Positions 8,585 through 17,982 are shown, numbered from the stretch's first letter. The stretch is DNA of 64,000 bases from Alphaproteobacteria bacterium (GCA_006226415.1 SBGZ01000061.1:7341-71340); one strand, 5' to 3'. Made by a program: numbers and translations. The notes: generated by a model not told the origin, from the letters alone.

Positions 8585-9496
8585 TCACGTCATCTGCATG
8601 AATTGATGTATCATGGGAATGATGATGTGCGATGCGTCTTCCTGGCAGAAGTGGCTGACACCTTTAAGGCGTGTCACGGGCGCGTCCGGATAAATCGCTG
8701 AGAAATCGGCGATCGCCGTTTCCGGATCTATCGCGCGGTCATCCATGCCGTAGACCAGCATGGCGGGTTTTGATTTCAGGGCCTCCAAGTTTCCTTCCGT
8801 CAGTCCGGCCATAATGTAATCTCGGATGCGGCCATAGTGAACATCGAGCGGAAACTCAATCGCGCCCTTGCAGGAAGCGCGGTCCGGGAAGGGCGCAGAG
8901 TAGGCGTCAATCCAGGTCTGGTCGACGGCGGCGGAATTGTTGAAGCCAACAATTTTCATGACCGAGAGAACTGTGGAGCCGAGTTCGCCGACGATACCCT
9001 CGAGGGTTCCGGCTTTTTCGTGCTTTTCGATCCACTGAAACCAAGGCGTCTTTTCTTCTCTGGGTGGCAAACCGCCGTAGCCAAAGAGCGTGTTCATCAA
9101 TACGACGCGCTTGATGCGTTCCGGACAGCGAATGGTGAAAGCGCCCATGATCGGACCGCCCCAGTCTTGACCGATCATTGTGATGTCCTTCAAGTCCAGG
9201 TCCTCGATCAGACGGATCAAGTTTTCGGTGTGGGTCTTGAGTGTGTAGACCTTGTCCTGAGGGGTTTCGCTTTTGCCAAAGCCCATATGGTCGGGCACGA
9301 CAACGCGATAATGCTTCGACAGCTCTTTAATGAAGTTGCGATAGAGATAGCCCCAAGTGGGCTCGCCGTGGAGACAGACCACCACCTCGCCCTCCCGTGG
9401 GCCTTCATCCACATAATGCTGTTTAAAGCCGTTTACATTTGAAAAATGCGGTTTGTAAGGCCAGGTGCCGTTGAAGGTTTCGTCTGCAGGGATCAT
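8585..9496 (-). CDS. haloalkane dehalogenase-like alpha/beta hydrolase (DhlA-type)
   Basis: LHGEPTWGYLYR and GQDWGG (Asp nucleophile) closely resemble the DhlA-type motifs HGEPTWSYLYR and VQDWGG. I prefer ATG 9496 (MIPADETF...) over the GTG at 9589 used by the track. Confidence 0.8.
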   Translation of the reverse strand: MIPADETFNGTWPYKPHFSNVNGFKQHYVDEGPREGEVVVCLHGEPTWGYLYRNFIKELSKHYRVVVPDHMGFGKSETPQDKVYTLKTHTENLIRLIEDLDLKDITMIGQDWGGPIMGAFTIRCPERIKRVVLMNTLFGYGGLPPREEKTPWFQWIEKHEKAGTLEGIVGELGSTVLSVMKIVGFNNSAAVDQTWIDAYSAPFPDRASCKGAIEFPLDVHYGRIRDYIMAGLTEGNLEALKSKPAMLVYGMDDRAIDPETAIADFSAIYPDAPVTRLKGVSHFCQEDASHIIIPMIHQFMQMT

Positions 9497-9595
9497 GGGA
9501 GTGTTTCTCTTTTTTGTTGGCGGGGCGTAGTCAGGTGGCGGCTCTGCGGCTGCCAGGCAGGGGCGCCGGAAAGCCCCCTTAAGCGGCACCGGCTT

Positions 9596-11836
9596 TCAGT
9601 CTTCTCTTAAACTTGCCATCAGCTCTTCCGGGACCGGCAGGAGACCGGCGTCTTCGGCGGCTTTGCGTTCTGCAGCGAGGTGGGCATCTGACTGCTCCAG
9701 CAGCGCTTTGTACCTTGGATCGTCCTGAAGTTCTTCAAAAATGACATCCGCGATCAATTGGGAAAATATCCAGTGGGAGCGTGCCCACTGATCTTCCAAT
9801 GCTTCCAGGGCGGCTTCTTTGTTTCCTTCCGCCATTGCAATGCATGCGCTTAGATAGTCCGTCGTAAAATAGATACCGTCCGGGTCGGCAAGAAGTGTCT
9901 GGTGGATGTATTTCAGTTTATCCAGGATGAGAGCAGCACGCGCCCGCTTCCCAAGCTTTCGGCTTAGATAGAGAGACAGGGTCGCGCCATTGCAGCTTGC
10001 CCCAATGTCATAGTTTGGTCCCCAGCCGTCAGGGTCGGGGTCGTCAAAGTACATGAGCAGGTCGAGGGCTTCCTGGTACTCCCCTTCGCGGGCCTTCCAG
10101 TCGGCCAGAGTGAGCGCGATTTCATGGTTTTTCGCAGCCCCCTCCCGGGCTTCGATTTGCTGGCAAAGACGCCGTGCTGCACTCTCATCTCCAGCTAGCG
10201 TGTATAATGACAACGCCATAACTGGATCAAATTCTTCGAAGACGGCGATATATCCAAGCATGCCAGCAAGGGCCTGGGTGTAATAGAGCGCAACGGCATT
10301 TGCGGTCAGCGCTTCCAAATTCAGCTGCAGGGTCATCGCCTGCGCATAGTGTCCCTTATGCATGGCGATGAGTGATCGACAATAATCAATAAACAGGGAT
10401 CCAGGATGGGATGCCTCCAGCTGGCGGAGAGTGGCGTTGGCGTCGTCCCAATTCTGACGGTACAGGTGTTCATTAAAGACACTCGTAAGGGCGAGCAAGG
10501 AGACCGGGTCTCGCTCGAGTGCCTTGCGCGCACTCGAAAAGACCGGTGCCGAAGGATCCCCGCCCATTTTATGGGCCTGAGTTAAAAGATTGTAACCACG
10601 CGAGTAATTCGGATTGAGGTTGATCGCCATTTCAGCTGAGGTCTGGGCTTTTGCCAGATCGCCGTTCAGCATGTAATACAAGCTCCAAATTCCATGTACC
10701 TCAGCGGCAGTGGGGTCGAGACCTTGTGCCTTTTCCAGAAGAGGCCAGGCGGCGGCCAAAGCTTCTTTCAAAGGGGTCCGGCCATAACAGGAGCCATCGT
10801 CGGAGAGAAGCAGCATGGCATCGGCCAATCCGATAATTGCAGGCGCATAGTCCGGGTCGGATATTAGAGCGGCCTCAAAGTGCTGTTTGCCCGATTCTAT
10901 ATCTTCCCGCGTGCGTTTCCTCAGAAACTGTTGACCCAGCATATAATGCTCATAGGCGCCGACGCTGGCACTGCGGGCCGATTGCGGTGCCTGCATGGTG
11001 CCGCCACCTAGGATGTGATCTTTCAGTTCGGCGACAATGGCGGCGGAGATCTCGTCTTGCACGGCGAAGATGTCATCAAGGGTGCGGTCGTAGGTATCGG
11101 ACCAAAGGTGCGAAGAGTTGCCGGTTTCAATCAGCTGGGCGGTGATGCGTACCCGGTTGCCGGCTTTGCGGACCGAGCCCTCCAGAACATAGGCGACCTG
11201 CAGAAGCTCACCGATCTCAGCGACAGACTTGTCGGTGCCTTTGAAAGCAAAGGACGAGGTGCGGGCAATGACGGTCATCTCCTTGATTTTGGAGAGCAGA
11301 TTGAGCAGTTCCTCGGAAATGCCGTCGGAGAAAAACTCCTGCTCCGGATCCGATGACATATTGACGAAAGGCAGGACGGCGATGGAAGCGTCTGACTTGG
11401 TCTTGCCCGACTTCGGCAATGAGATCGCTTCATTGGGGGTGAGCCGACCGGAGGTCAGATGATGGTCGAGCGCTTGCAGGAGGTCATTGATGCAAGGGGC
11501 CTTGCCGCCGGACCAGCCGGAGAAGTCGATGGTCTGAAGCTGCCGAAAGCCCATGGGCGAACGAATGCCGTCCAGCGAGATCGGTAGCAGGTTACCGGTT
11601 TCCAGCGCCAGGTCCGCTTCGTCGGCAACCCAACGGGATTTGATCGCGTTCGGCGACCAGGCCACCAGCACGACACGGGCGTGGCGCACCTCGGTCTCGA
11701 TTTCTGAGGAAAATCTTGTGCCGCCTTTGAGCTGCCGGTCCCACCAGACGGAATAGCCGGCGCCCTCGAGCTCGGCCACAAGGGGCTCAATGCGCGCGCG
11801 ATCCTCGCTGGCGTAACTGACAAAAATATCGGCCAA
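9596..11836 (-). CDS. TIR-domain protein with a cyclase-type sensor-linker block and C-terminal TPR array (paralog 1)
   Basis: The N-terminus ADIFVSYASEDRA...SRWVADE is TIR-like. The middle block ASIAVLPFVNMSSDPEQ...GSVRKAGNRVRITAQLI follows, then TPR-like helical repeats at the C-terminus. The start codon is TTG. Confidence 0.85.
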   Translation of the reverse strand: MADIFVSYASEDRARIEPLVAELEGAGYSVWWDRQLKGGTRFSSEIETEVRHARVVLVAWSPNAIKSRWVADEADLALETGNLLPISLDGIRSPMGFRQLQTIDFSGWSGGKAPCINDLLQALDHHLTSGRLTPNEAISLPKSGKTKSDASIAVLPFVNMSSDPEQEFFSDGISEELLNLLSKIKEMTVIARTSSFAFKGTDKSVAEIGELLQVAYVLEGSVRKAGNRVRITAQLIETGNSSHLWSDTYDRTLDDIFAVQDEISAAIVAELKDHILGGGTMQAPQSARSASVGAYEHYMLGQQFLRKRTREDIESGKQHFEAALISDPDYAPAIIGLADAMLLLSDDGSCYGRTPLKEALAAAWPLLEKAQGLDPTAAEVHGIWSLYYMLNGDLAKAQTSAEMAINLNPNYSRGYNLLTQAHKMGGDPSAPVFSSARKALERDPVSLLALTSVFNEHLYRQNWDDANATLRQLEASHPGSLFIDYCRSLIAMHKGHYAQAMTLQLNLEALTANAVALYYTQALAGMLGYIAVFEEFDPVMALSLYTLAGDESAARRLCQQIEAREGAAKNHEIALTLADWKAREGEYQEALDLLMYFDDPDPDGWGPNYDIGASCNGATLSLYLSRKLGKRARAALILDKLKYIHQTLLADPDGIYFTTDYLSACIAMAEGNKEAALEALEDQWARSHWIFSQLIADVIFEELQDDPRYKALLEQSDAHLAAERKAAEDAGLLPVPEELMASLRED

Positions 11837-11882
11837 GTTCTTCGCGACCCTTCTGGCGTTCCCTTGAATTCCTGACCCTCAA

Positions 11883-11911
11883 ATAAGATCGGGTTTTGGC
11901 CTTTCGGTCAA
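11883..11911 (-). promoter_or_regulatory. predicted sigma70-type promoter of TIR paralog 1 (TTGACC-N17-TCTTAT)
   Basis: Gene-sense sequence is ccaTTGACCgaaaggccaaaacccgaTCTTATttg. The same boxes and spacing occur upstream of paralogs 2 and 3. Confidence 0.45.
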
Positions 11912-12252
11912 TGGGTTATGGGGTGCGGGGCGACCTTCCGTTCCGCGTCTGATGGGATTGGCAGTTATGACAACAGGCCAAATGGAAAACCAAGACGTTG
12001 GCCATACCCCTGCCACGGCCAATTTACAGGCAGCTTGACATTCCACCTCCAGCGCTATACATACCGCAGCAGCTCGTCAGGATTGCGCAAAAGCGTGTTT
12101 TCAATAATCCGTTTGATCCTGACCTTCCCATTACTCCCACACAGTCTCCTCCAGGTGCGCATGGAACATGACGCCCTGATAACAGACCGCAGTTTAGAGC
12201 GGTCGTTGCCGCACGCTGTTGTGCGCGCGAGACAATTGGAAATTAAACCTAA

Positions 12253-13569
12253 ATGACAAATTCTAATTTTGCCGAGCTTGGTCTCGGAAACGAACTCCTT
12301 AACGCTTTGCACAAGGAAAACTACGAAAGCCCGACGCCTATTCAATCGCAAGCCATCCCGCCGCTCCTTGAGGGGCGCGACCTGCTTGGGGTTGCTCAGA
12401 CCGGGACAGGTAAAACGGCAGCTTTTGTGCTGCCTATTCTTCAAAGACTTTCTGCCAAACCGACAAAGGCTGTCTCCCGGCGACCCCAGGCATTGATCCT
12501 GGCGCCAACAAGGGAGCTCGCCATTCAGATCGGTGAAGCCGTGGCGACTTATGGTCAAAACCTTCACTTGCGTCATGCGGTGATTTTTGGCGGCGTTGGA
12601 CAAGGCCCGCAAATTCAAAAATCTGTGCGCGGCGTCCATGTGCTGGTCGCCACACCGGGTCGGCTGCTTGATTTAGTGCGTAATGGTCATATCTATCTCG
12701 ACAAGCTAGAGACGCTTGTTCTTGATGAGGCCGACCGCATGCTCGACATGGGCTTTATCCATGATATCCGAAAGATCATCGCACTGCTGCCCGAGAAACG
12801 GCAGTCTGTTCTCTTGTCAGCGACCATGCCGCGGGACATTGAGCGTCTGGCTCGAAATCTCTTAAGTGATCCGATCAAAGTTGAGATTTCTCCAAAAGCG
12901 GTCACAGTCGAGCGTATTGAACAATTTGTCTATTTCCCGAATAGCGTTGATAAGTTCTCGCTTATGTTGACGGTTCTCGAAGACAAAGCTTTGTCGCGGG
13001 TTATTGTGTTTACCCGAACCAAGCACCGCGCCAATCGTGTTGCAGAGGTGCTGACAAAGAATGACGTAACCGCCGAAGCAATTCACGGCAACAAGTCTCA
13101 AGGCGCCCGTCAGAAGGCCTTGAAAAATTTCCGTGATGGCAAAACCCGGGTGTTGGTGGCAACTGATATTGCGGCGCGCGGGATTGATATCGATGGCATC
13201 AGCCATGTGATTAATTTTGAACTTCCCAATGAACCTGAAAGCTATGTACACCGAATTGGCCGCACCGCGCGCGCCGGAACGGAAGGTGTGGCAATTTCTT
13301 TCTGTGCGCCGGATGAGCGTCCGTACCTGCGTGACATTGAAAATCTGATCAAACGCCCTCTGGTTGATGCTGAACATCGGCCATTTATGGCCACAATTCC
13401 GAAGAAACCCAAGACGGGGCAACGGGGCGCCGGGAACACATCTCGCAAACCGAAAAGGCATGCGGGCAAGCACCGCGGTGCTGCGTCCCAGGGCGGCGGC
13501 AAATCTTTTGACCCTGCGAAACCGCGGCCACGCCCGGCGCGTCGGAGACGTTCAGCTGTTGCGGCGTAG
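12253..13569 (+). CDS. rhlE: DEAD-box ATP-dependent RNA helicase (RhlE-like)
   Basis: Contains [24 protein letters not shown] and [10 protein letters not shown] motifs, plus a basic C-terminal tail. Confidence 0.9.
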   Translation: MTNSNFAELGLGNELLNALHKENYESPTPIQSQAIPPLLEGRDLLGVAQTGTGKTAAFVLPILQRLSAKPTKAVSRRPQALILAPTRELAIQIGEAVATYGQNLHLRHAVIFGGVGQGPQIQKSVRGVHVLVATPGRLLDLVRNGHIYLDKLETLVLDEADRMLDMGFIHDIRKIIALLPEKRQSVLLSATMPRDIERLARNLLSDPIKVEISPKAVTVERIEQFVYFPNSVDKFSLMLTVLEDKALSRVIVFTRTKHRANRVAEVLTKNDVTAEAIHGNKSQGARQKALKNFRDGKTRVLVATDIAARGIDIDGISHVINFELPNEPESYVHRIGRTARAGTEGVAISFCAPDERPYLRDIENLIKRPLVDAEHRPFMATIPKKPKTGQRGAGNTSRKPKRHAGKHRGAASQGGGKSFDPAKPRPRPARRRRSAVAA

Positions 13570-13648
13570 TGCAGGTCAGATGCGGTTTGACAGGATGAAA
13601 AAGTCGCTCAACGTGTGATTTGGTCCGCTCAGGCGCGCCGGACCAAGG

Positions 13649-14614
13649 TTAGCTGAACCGGAGGGGGCTTTTAAAACCGTCCGGTTTGATGGCAAGAACG
13701 GAACACTCGATCGCGTTGAGGACCGTCTCTGCCGTATTGCCCATCAACACGCCGGGAAGGCCGGTTCGGGCAAGGGTTCCCATCACGATGAGGTCGGCTT
13801 TGATTTCTTTGGCAACCCGAGGCAGCTCGGTCCCTGCATCTCCCTTGGGTAAGTGACGCTTTGTGCTTGTGCGCGAAAAATCCTGCTCAGGCATCCAGTC
13901 TTGCGCTTTCTCAAGCAATTGACCCAGCCAGGTCTCGTGTAATTCACGGTTGGCCTTGAGGTAGGTTTCGATTTCTTCGTCCGTTGAATGAACACGGGTG
14001 CTCTTCATGAGGTCTTCGCCGATGGCCTCCCAAGCATGAACAACATGCAGCTCGGCGTCATGTCTTTGTGAGAGACTGCCGGACAGTTCCAAAATTTTTC
14101 GGTTGAGCGGTTCAGAGCCTTTGTCAGACTGTGGGTCAATTTCACTAAAATCAACCGCGGCTAAAATTCTTTCAATCTTGAAGTCGGTCCCTTCCTTGAC
14201 CAACCAGACGGGACAGGGGCATTTGCGCAGGATATGTATGTCCGTTGCTCCGAGGAGAAGAGCGCGCAGGCCGCTCTCTGGATCGGCGGACTTGATGACA
14301 AGGTCTATGCGGTATTTGAAAACCTCTCTGATGACCTCGACGAAGGGCTTTCCTTTAACCTTCTTGATGGTGACATTGACTTTGTCTGAAAAGGTTTTGG
14401 TCAAGGCAGCCATGAAGTTCTCGACCTCCAGATCTTTCGATGCGATCAGGGAGGGCGGCGCCAGTCGTTGAAGGTATCCGGGCAGCTCTTGCAACACCAC
14501 CAATACCGTCAGCTCGGCGCTGTTTGTCACTGCCAGTTCCGTTGCGGCCTGAACAGCATTTGGTGAGGCGTTGGTGGCTTCCATCACCAGCAGGATATTG
14601 CGAAATCTTTTCAT
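13649..14614 (-). CDS. tandem universal stress protein (UspA-domain x2)
   Basis: Two Usp-like halves are present, with a GTLARTGLPGVLMGNTAE ATP-binding-type motif in the second. Confidence 0.8.
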   Translation of the reverse strand: MKRFRNILLVMEATNASPNAVQAATELAVTNSAELTVLVVLQELPGYLQRLAPPSLIASKDLEVENFMAALTKTFSDKVNVTIKKVKGKPFVEVIREVFKYRIDLVIKSADPESGLRALLLGATDIHILRKCPCPVWLVKEGTDFKIERILAAVDFSEIDPQSDKGSEPLNRKILELSGSLSQRHDAELHVVHAWEAIGEDLMKSTRVHSTDEEIETYLKANRELHETWLGQLLEKAQDWMPEQDFSRTSTKRHLPKGDAGTELPRVAKEIKADLIVMGTLARTGLPGVLMGNTAETVLNAIECSVLAIKPDGFKSPLRFS

Positions 14615-14758
14615 GCCATCACGGCCTTAGGGAGTTAATCAAAGACACGACTCTTTTGGGTGAATGTTCAGGCTATCAAGCCGACAAGAGCAGTTTCAGA
14701 TATGGTGGATTGTTGGCCGGATTCAAGTTATCAATCGATCAGGCCTGGGGTCACTGAT

Positions 14759-14782
14759 CCCCAGGCCCCCAGGCCCCCAGGC
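14759..14782. repeat. tandem octamer (ccccaggc) x3 in the usp/kef divergent intergenic region
   Basis: Three perfect head-to-tail copies read directly from the sequence. The arm ggcctgggg at 14742-14750 is complementary to any copy. Confidence 0.8.
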
Positions 14783-14823
14783 CAAAAAATGACAAATGTC
14801 AGTATCCAGATACCGAGATCGCT

Positions 14824-16521
14824 TTGCATCAAACCGCTCCCTTTGTCGAAGTTCTCATTTTCCTGCTTGCCGCCGTCGGGGTGGTAACGGCTATTCAGCG
14901 ACTTAGGACCAGTCCCATTATTGGCTATTTGATCGCCGGGGCCTTGATCGGACCTTATGGGCTTGCGCTGATCCACGACTCTGACAGCACGCATATATTG
15001 GCCGAGCTTGGGGTGATTTTTCTCCTGTTTACGATCGGCCTTGAATTTTCCTTTGCGAAATTGCGAAGTATGGCGCTGCAGGTCTTTGGACTGGGTGGTC
15101 TTCAGGTTCTGATAACGGCCGTTGCCATTGCTGGGGTTGTCGCCGCGCTTGGGGTCAGCCGGGAGGGGGCGATCATCATTGGCGGAGGGTTAGCCCTTTC
15201 GTCCACGGCCTTTGTTCTGCAGCTGCTTGGGGAGAGGGGGGAAAGATCCACGCCCTATGGCCAAACGGCCCTGGCGGTTCTGCTGTTCCAGGACCTGGCC
15301 ATTGTGCCTCTGCTCATGCTTGTGACCCTGCTGGGCGGCGATCACGGCGCCTTTTGGAGTGTCCTCGGCATGGCTATTCTGGAGGCGGCTGTGGCTTTGA
15401 CCTGCATGGCCTTCGTCGGCCGGCTACTCCTCAGGCCGCTCTACAAGCTTATTGCGGGGACGGACAATAGCGAGCTCTTCGTCGCCACGACGCTTTTGGT
15501 GATCCTGGGGGCGGGCTGGGTGCTCAGCTTGTTCGATATCTCGATGGTCTTGGGGGCCTTTCTTGCAGGCATCTTGTTGTCGGAAACTGAATATCGCCAT
15601 CAAATTGAATCGGATATCCATCCCTTTAAGGGCATCCTTCTGGGGTTGTTTTTCATGACCGTGGGCATGTCCATTGATCCTGCCTTTATTGTGAATAACT
15701 CTTTAGAGATTCTGGCGGCGGTCTTTGCTCTGCTGATTTTCAAGATGTTTCTGACCGGGGGGTTGACGCTGCTGTTCAAGCAACCGGTGGCCCTGGCTAT
15801 TCGAACCGGATTTATCCTGTCGCAAGGGGGTGAATTTGGTTTTGTCCTGTTCTTGGCCGCCGGCGCCTTGGGGCTTCTGACCGATCAAATGGTTCAGTTT
15901 TTGTTGACCGTGGTCGCGCTGACCATGGTGTCGACACCCTTTGCGGCCATGGCGGGTCAGAGGCTGGCGGAACTATTTGAAAAGAAGCTGCACAGAGACT
16001 TAGAGCCCGGGACCCAAAGCGTTGCAGATCAGTCGGGGCACATCATTATCGCCGGTTTTGGGCGTGTCGGGCAGGTGGTGGCTTTGTTGCTTCGAACCGC
16101 TGATTTCAAATGCGTTGCGCTGGACCTTGATGCCAACCGGGTTTCGAACTGCCGGACCTCGGGGTTTGACATTTATTATGGTGATGCCAGCCTTGCCGCC
16201 ATCTTGCGCGCGGTCGGGATTGAGCGTGCCAGGGCTCTGATTGTGTCGATCGATCAGCCCGCTTCGCTGGAAAGGATCATTTCCGCAGCGCGGGAGGTGG
16301 CGCCCGAAATTCGAATATTCACCCGCGCGCGGGATCTGGTGCATGGCAGTAAGCTTGTTGCCAAAGGCGCGACAGAGGCCGTCCCTGAATCCCTGGAAGC
16401 CAGCATTCAACTTGGCTCCATTGCTCTGACCTCTCTGGGGGTAGACCCTGACGAGGCCCAAAAGATCGTTCAGGAAATTCGAGATGATGACTATGCGCCG
16501 ATCCGACAAGAGATTGAGTAA
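14824..16521 (+). CDS. CPA2-family monovalent cation:proton antiporter, KefB/KefC-like, with a TrkA-N (RCK) domain
   Basis: About 12 TM helices are followed by IIIAGFGRVGQ (a Rossmann GxGxxG). The start codon is TTG. Confidence 0.85.
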   Translation: MHQTAPFVEVLIFLLAAVGVVTAIQRLRTSPIIGYLIAGALIGPYGLALIHDSDSTHILAELGVIFLLFTIGLEFSFAKLRSMALQVFGLGGLQVLITAVAIAGVVAALGVSREGAIIIGGGLALSSTAFVLQLLGERGERSTPYGQTALAVLLFQDLAIVPLLMLVTLLGGDHGAFWSVLGMAILEAAVALTCMAFVGRLLLRPLYKLIAGTDNSELFVATTLLVILGAGWVLSLFDISMVLGAFLAGILLSETEYRHQIESDIHPFKGILLGLFFMTVGMSIDPAFIVNNSLEILAAVFALLIFKMFLTGGLTLLFKQPVALAIRTGFILSQGGEFGFVLFLAAGALGLLTDQMVQFLLTVVALTMVSTPFAAMAGQRLAELFEKKLHRDLEPGTQSVADQSGHIIIAGFGRVGQVVALLLRTADFKCVALDLDANRVSNCRTSGFDIYYGDASLAAILRAVGIERARALIVSIDQPASLERIISAAREVAPEIRIFTRARDLVHGSKLVAKGATEAVPESLEASIQLGSIALTSLGVDPDEAQKIVQEIRDDDYAPIRQEIE

Positions 16522-16601
16522 ATAGGCATCTCAATCGCCCTGGTCACTCCCCTTTTTCATCGCCCCCTGGTGACCATTTGGGATGTGGGGGTGTTGGCGG
16601 T

Positions 16602-16697
16602 GAGCTCAGAGAACTTGGTAAGGAGATTGAGATGCTCCTGTGATATGCCGTCGGAGAGAAATTCCTGCTTCGGGCTGGAAGACATGTTGACGAAGCG
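16602..16697 (-). pseudogene. remnant of a fourth copy of the TIR-family sensor-linker block
   Basis: The minus-strand translation RFVNMSSSPKQEFLSDGISQEHLNLLTKFSEL matches LPFVNMSSDPEQEFFSDGISEELLNLLSKIKEM of paralog 1 at about 20 of 32 positions. The nucleotide similarity is also obvious. No TIR or TPR parts flank it. Confidence 0.7.
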
Positions 16698-16785
16698 CGT
16701 GTTTGGGTGAGAGCCATTCTACGGGTTTGCGCTCAGGACCAAAACCCGGTACCCCTAAAGAAAACAAAACATTCGGGAGTGAGAC

Positions 16786-17463
16786 ATGGAATTTGATGAC
16801 GTCATTATGGGGCGGCGTAGCATTCGAGGCTATAAGCCGGAGCCGGTTCCCAAAGAATTGATCGAGGAGATCCTTAAACTGGCCATGCGCGCGCCCTCGT
16901 CGATGAACACGCAGCCCTGGAATTTTTATGTGATTACTGGCGAACCATTGGACCGCATTCGCGCCGGGAACACGGAGCGGAATCTGGCTGGTGTGCCGCA
17001 TTCGCGTGAGTTTCGCATTGGTGAGCCCTTTGCCGGCAAGCACCGTGAACGCCAGATCGGAGTCGCCAAGCAGCTCTTCGGCGCCATGGGCATTGAACGT
17101 GAGGATAAGGAAGGGCGGCTCGACTGGGTGCTCAGGGGCTTTCGTCAGTTTGACGCGCCGGTCTGTGTGATCATCACCTATGACAAAGAACTTGCTGGCA
17201 GTGATGACACGCCCTTTGACTGCGGCGCGGTGACCACGGCGCTGGTCAATGCGGCCTGGTCGCGCGGGCTTGGCGCGGTGATCAACAGCCAGGGGATCAT
17301 GCAGTCGCCAGTGGTGCGCGAGCATGCGGGCATTGCCGAGGACCAGGTGATCATGAAGGCGGTGGCGCTTGGCTGGCCGGACGAAAGATTTCCGGCCAAT
17401 GCGGTGGTCTCGACGCGCAAAGAGGTGGATGAGGCAGCGACATTTGTCGGATTTGACGACTAA
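16786..17463 (+). CDS. nitroreductase-family oxidoreductase
   Basis: The N-terminus RRSIRGY...PS..N.QPW is typical of the NfsB/NfnB-type nitroreductase fold. Confidence 0.85.
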   Translation: MEFDDVIMGRRSIRGYKPEPVPKELIEEILKLAMRAPSSMNTQPWNFYVITGEPLDRIRAGNTERNLAGVPHSREFRIGEPFAGKHRERQIGVAKQLFGAMGIEREDKEGRLDWVLRGFRQFDAPVCVIITYDKELAGSDDTPFDCGAVTTALVNAAWSRGLGAVINSQGIMQSPVVREHAGIAEDQVIMKAVALGWPDERFPANAVVSTRKEVDEAATFVGFDD

Positions 17464-17505
17464 ATACCCCTTCCTCTCCCTTACGCCGGGCTGATAACAC
17501 CCTGA

Positions 17506-17982
17506 TCAATCCGCATGCCGGATTGCGATTGCGATGAGGGTGTCGACTTCATCTCGGAAATTCTGGCTGAAATTATCTCGTTGTTTGGACCACCAATTCA
17601 TGATGCCGGGGCGTGAGACAATGTGTTCGAGCTGGGTGTGGTATCGATGTGCCAGATCGGGGTTGATAAGCCCTTCTTGTTCCAGCACCAAATGACTCTC
17701 GTAGCCATTAAACGCTGACGCGCAGAGAAGATTGAACTGCATCCACTCATCCTCATCCAGGTCGCTGTCTCCTTTTAAGCCCTTGCGCCAAACACGCGCG
17801 GCCTGCTTATCCAAGCCGAGGGATTGGTTGTAGCTGGCAATTCCGGTGACCGTGGCATGAGACAATTGGATCTTCATCAGGCGGTTGTTAATTTTGATCT
17901 GAGCGATGGCGTAACCTAAGGACCCGATGATCGCCAAAGCGGCTACGATTTGGGCGATAAAGTAGGCTGTTTCTATGTTCAT
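17506..17982 (-). CDS. hypothetical protein with an N-terminal TM anchor
   Basis: A strong SD (aaagggga) precedes the start. One TM helix is followed by a helical soluble domain. I recognise no family. Confidence 0.55.
   Translation of the reverse strand: MNIETAYFIAQIVAALAIIGSLGYAIAQIKINNRLMKIQLSHATVTGIASYNQSLGLDKQAARVWRKGLKGDSDLDEDEWMQFNLLCASAFNGYESHLVLEQEGLINPDLAHRYHTQLEHIVSRPGIMNWWSKQRDNFSQNFRDEVDTLIAIAIRHAD

Noticed and set aside
12055-12639. 194-aa minus-strand ORF spanning the rhlE 5' region
   Set aside because: It overlaps the DEAD-box helicase start and its leader and has an Arg-rich composition. It is most likely non-coding.
16720-16740. 12-nt match (ccaaaacccggt) between this region and the spacer of the TIR paralog-2 promoter
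   Set aside because: Its orientation is opposite to the adjacent relic. A rough estimate suggests a 12-mer match among these short queries in 64 kb is not improbable by chance.
16606-17325. 239-aa minus-strand ORF overlapping the nitroreductase gene
   Set aside because: It is antisense to a well-supported nitroreductase CDS and has an Arg/Pro/His-rich, low-complexity translation typical of GC-rich shadow frames. Only its extreme 3' region is meaningful, in another frame, as the TIR-family relic.
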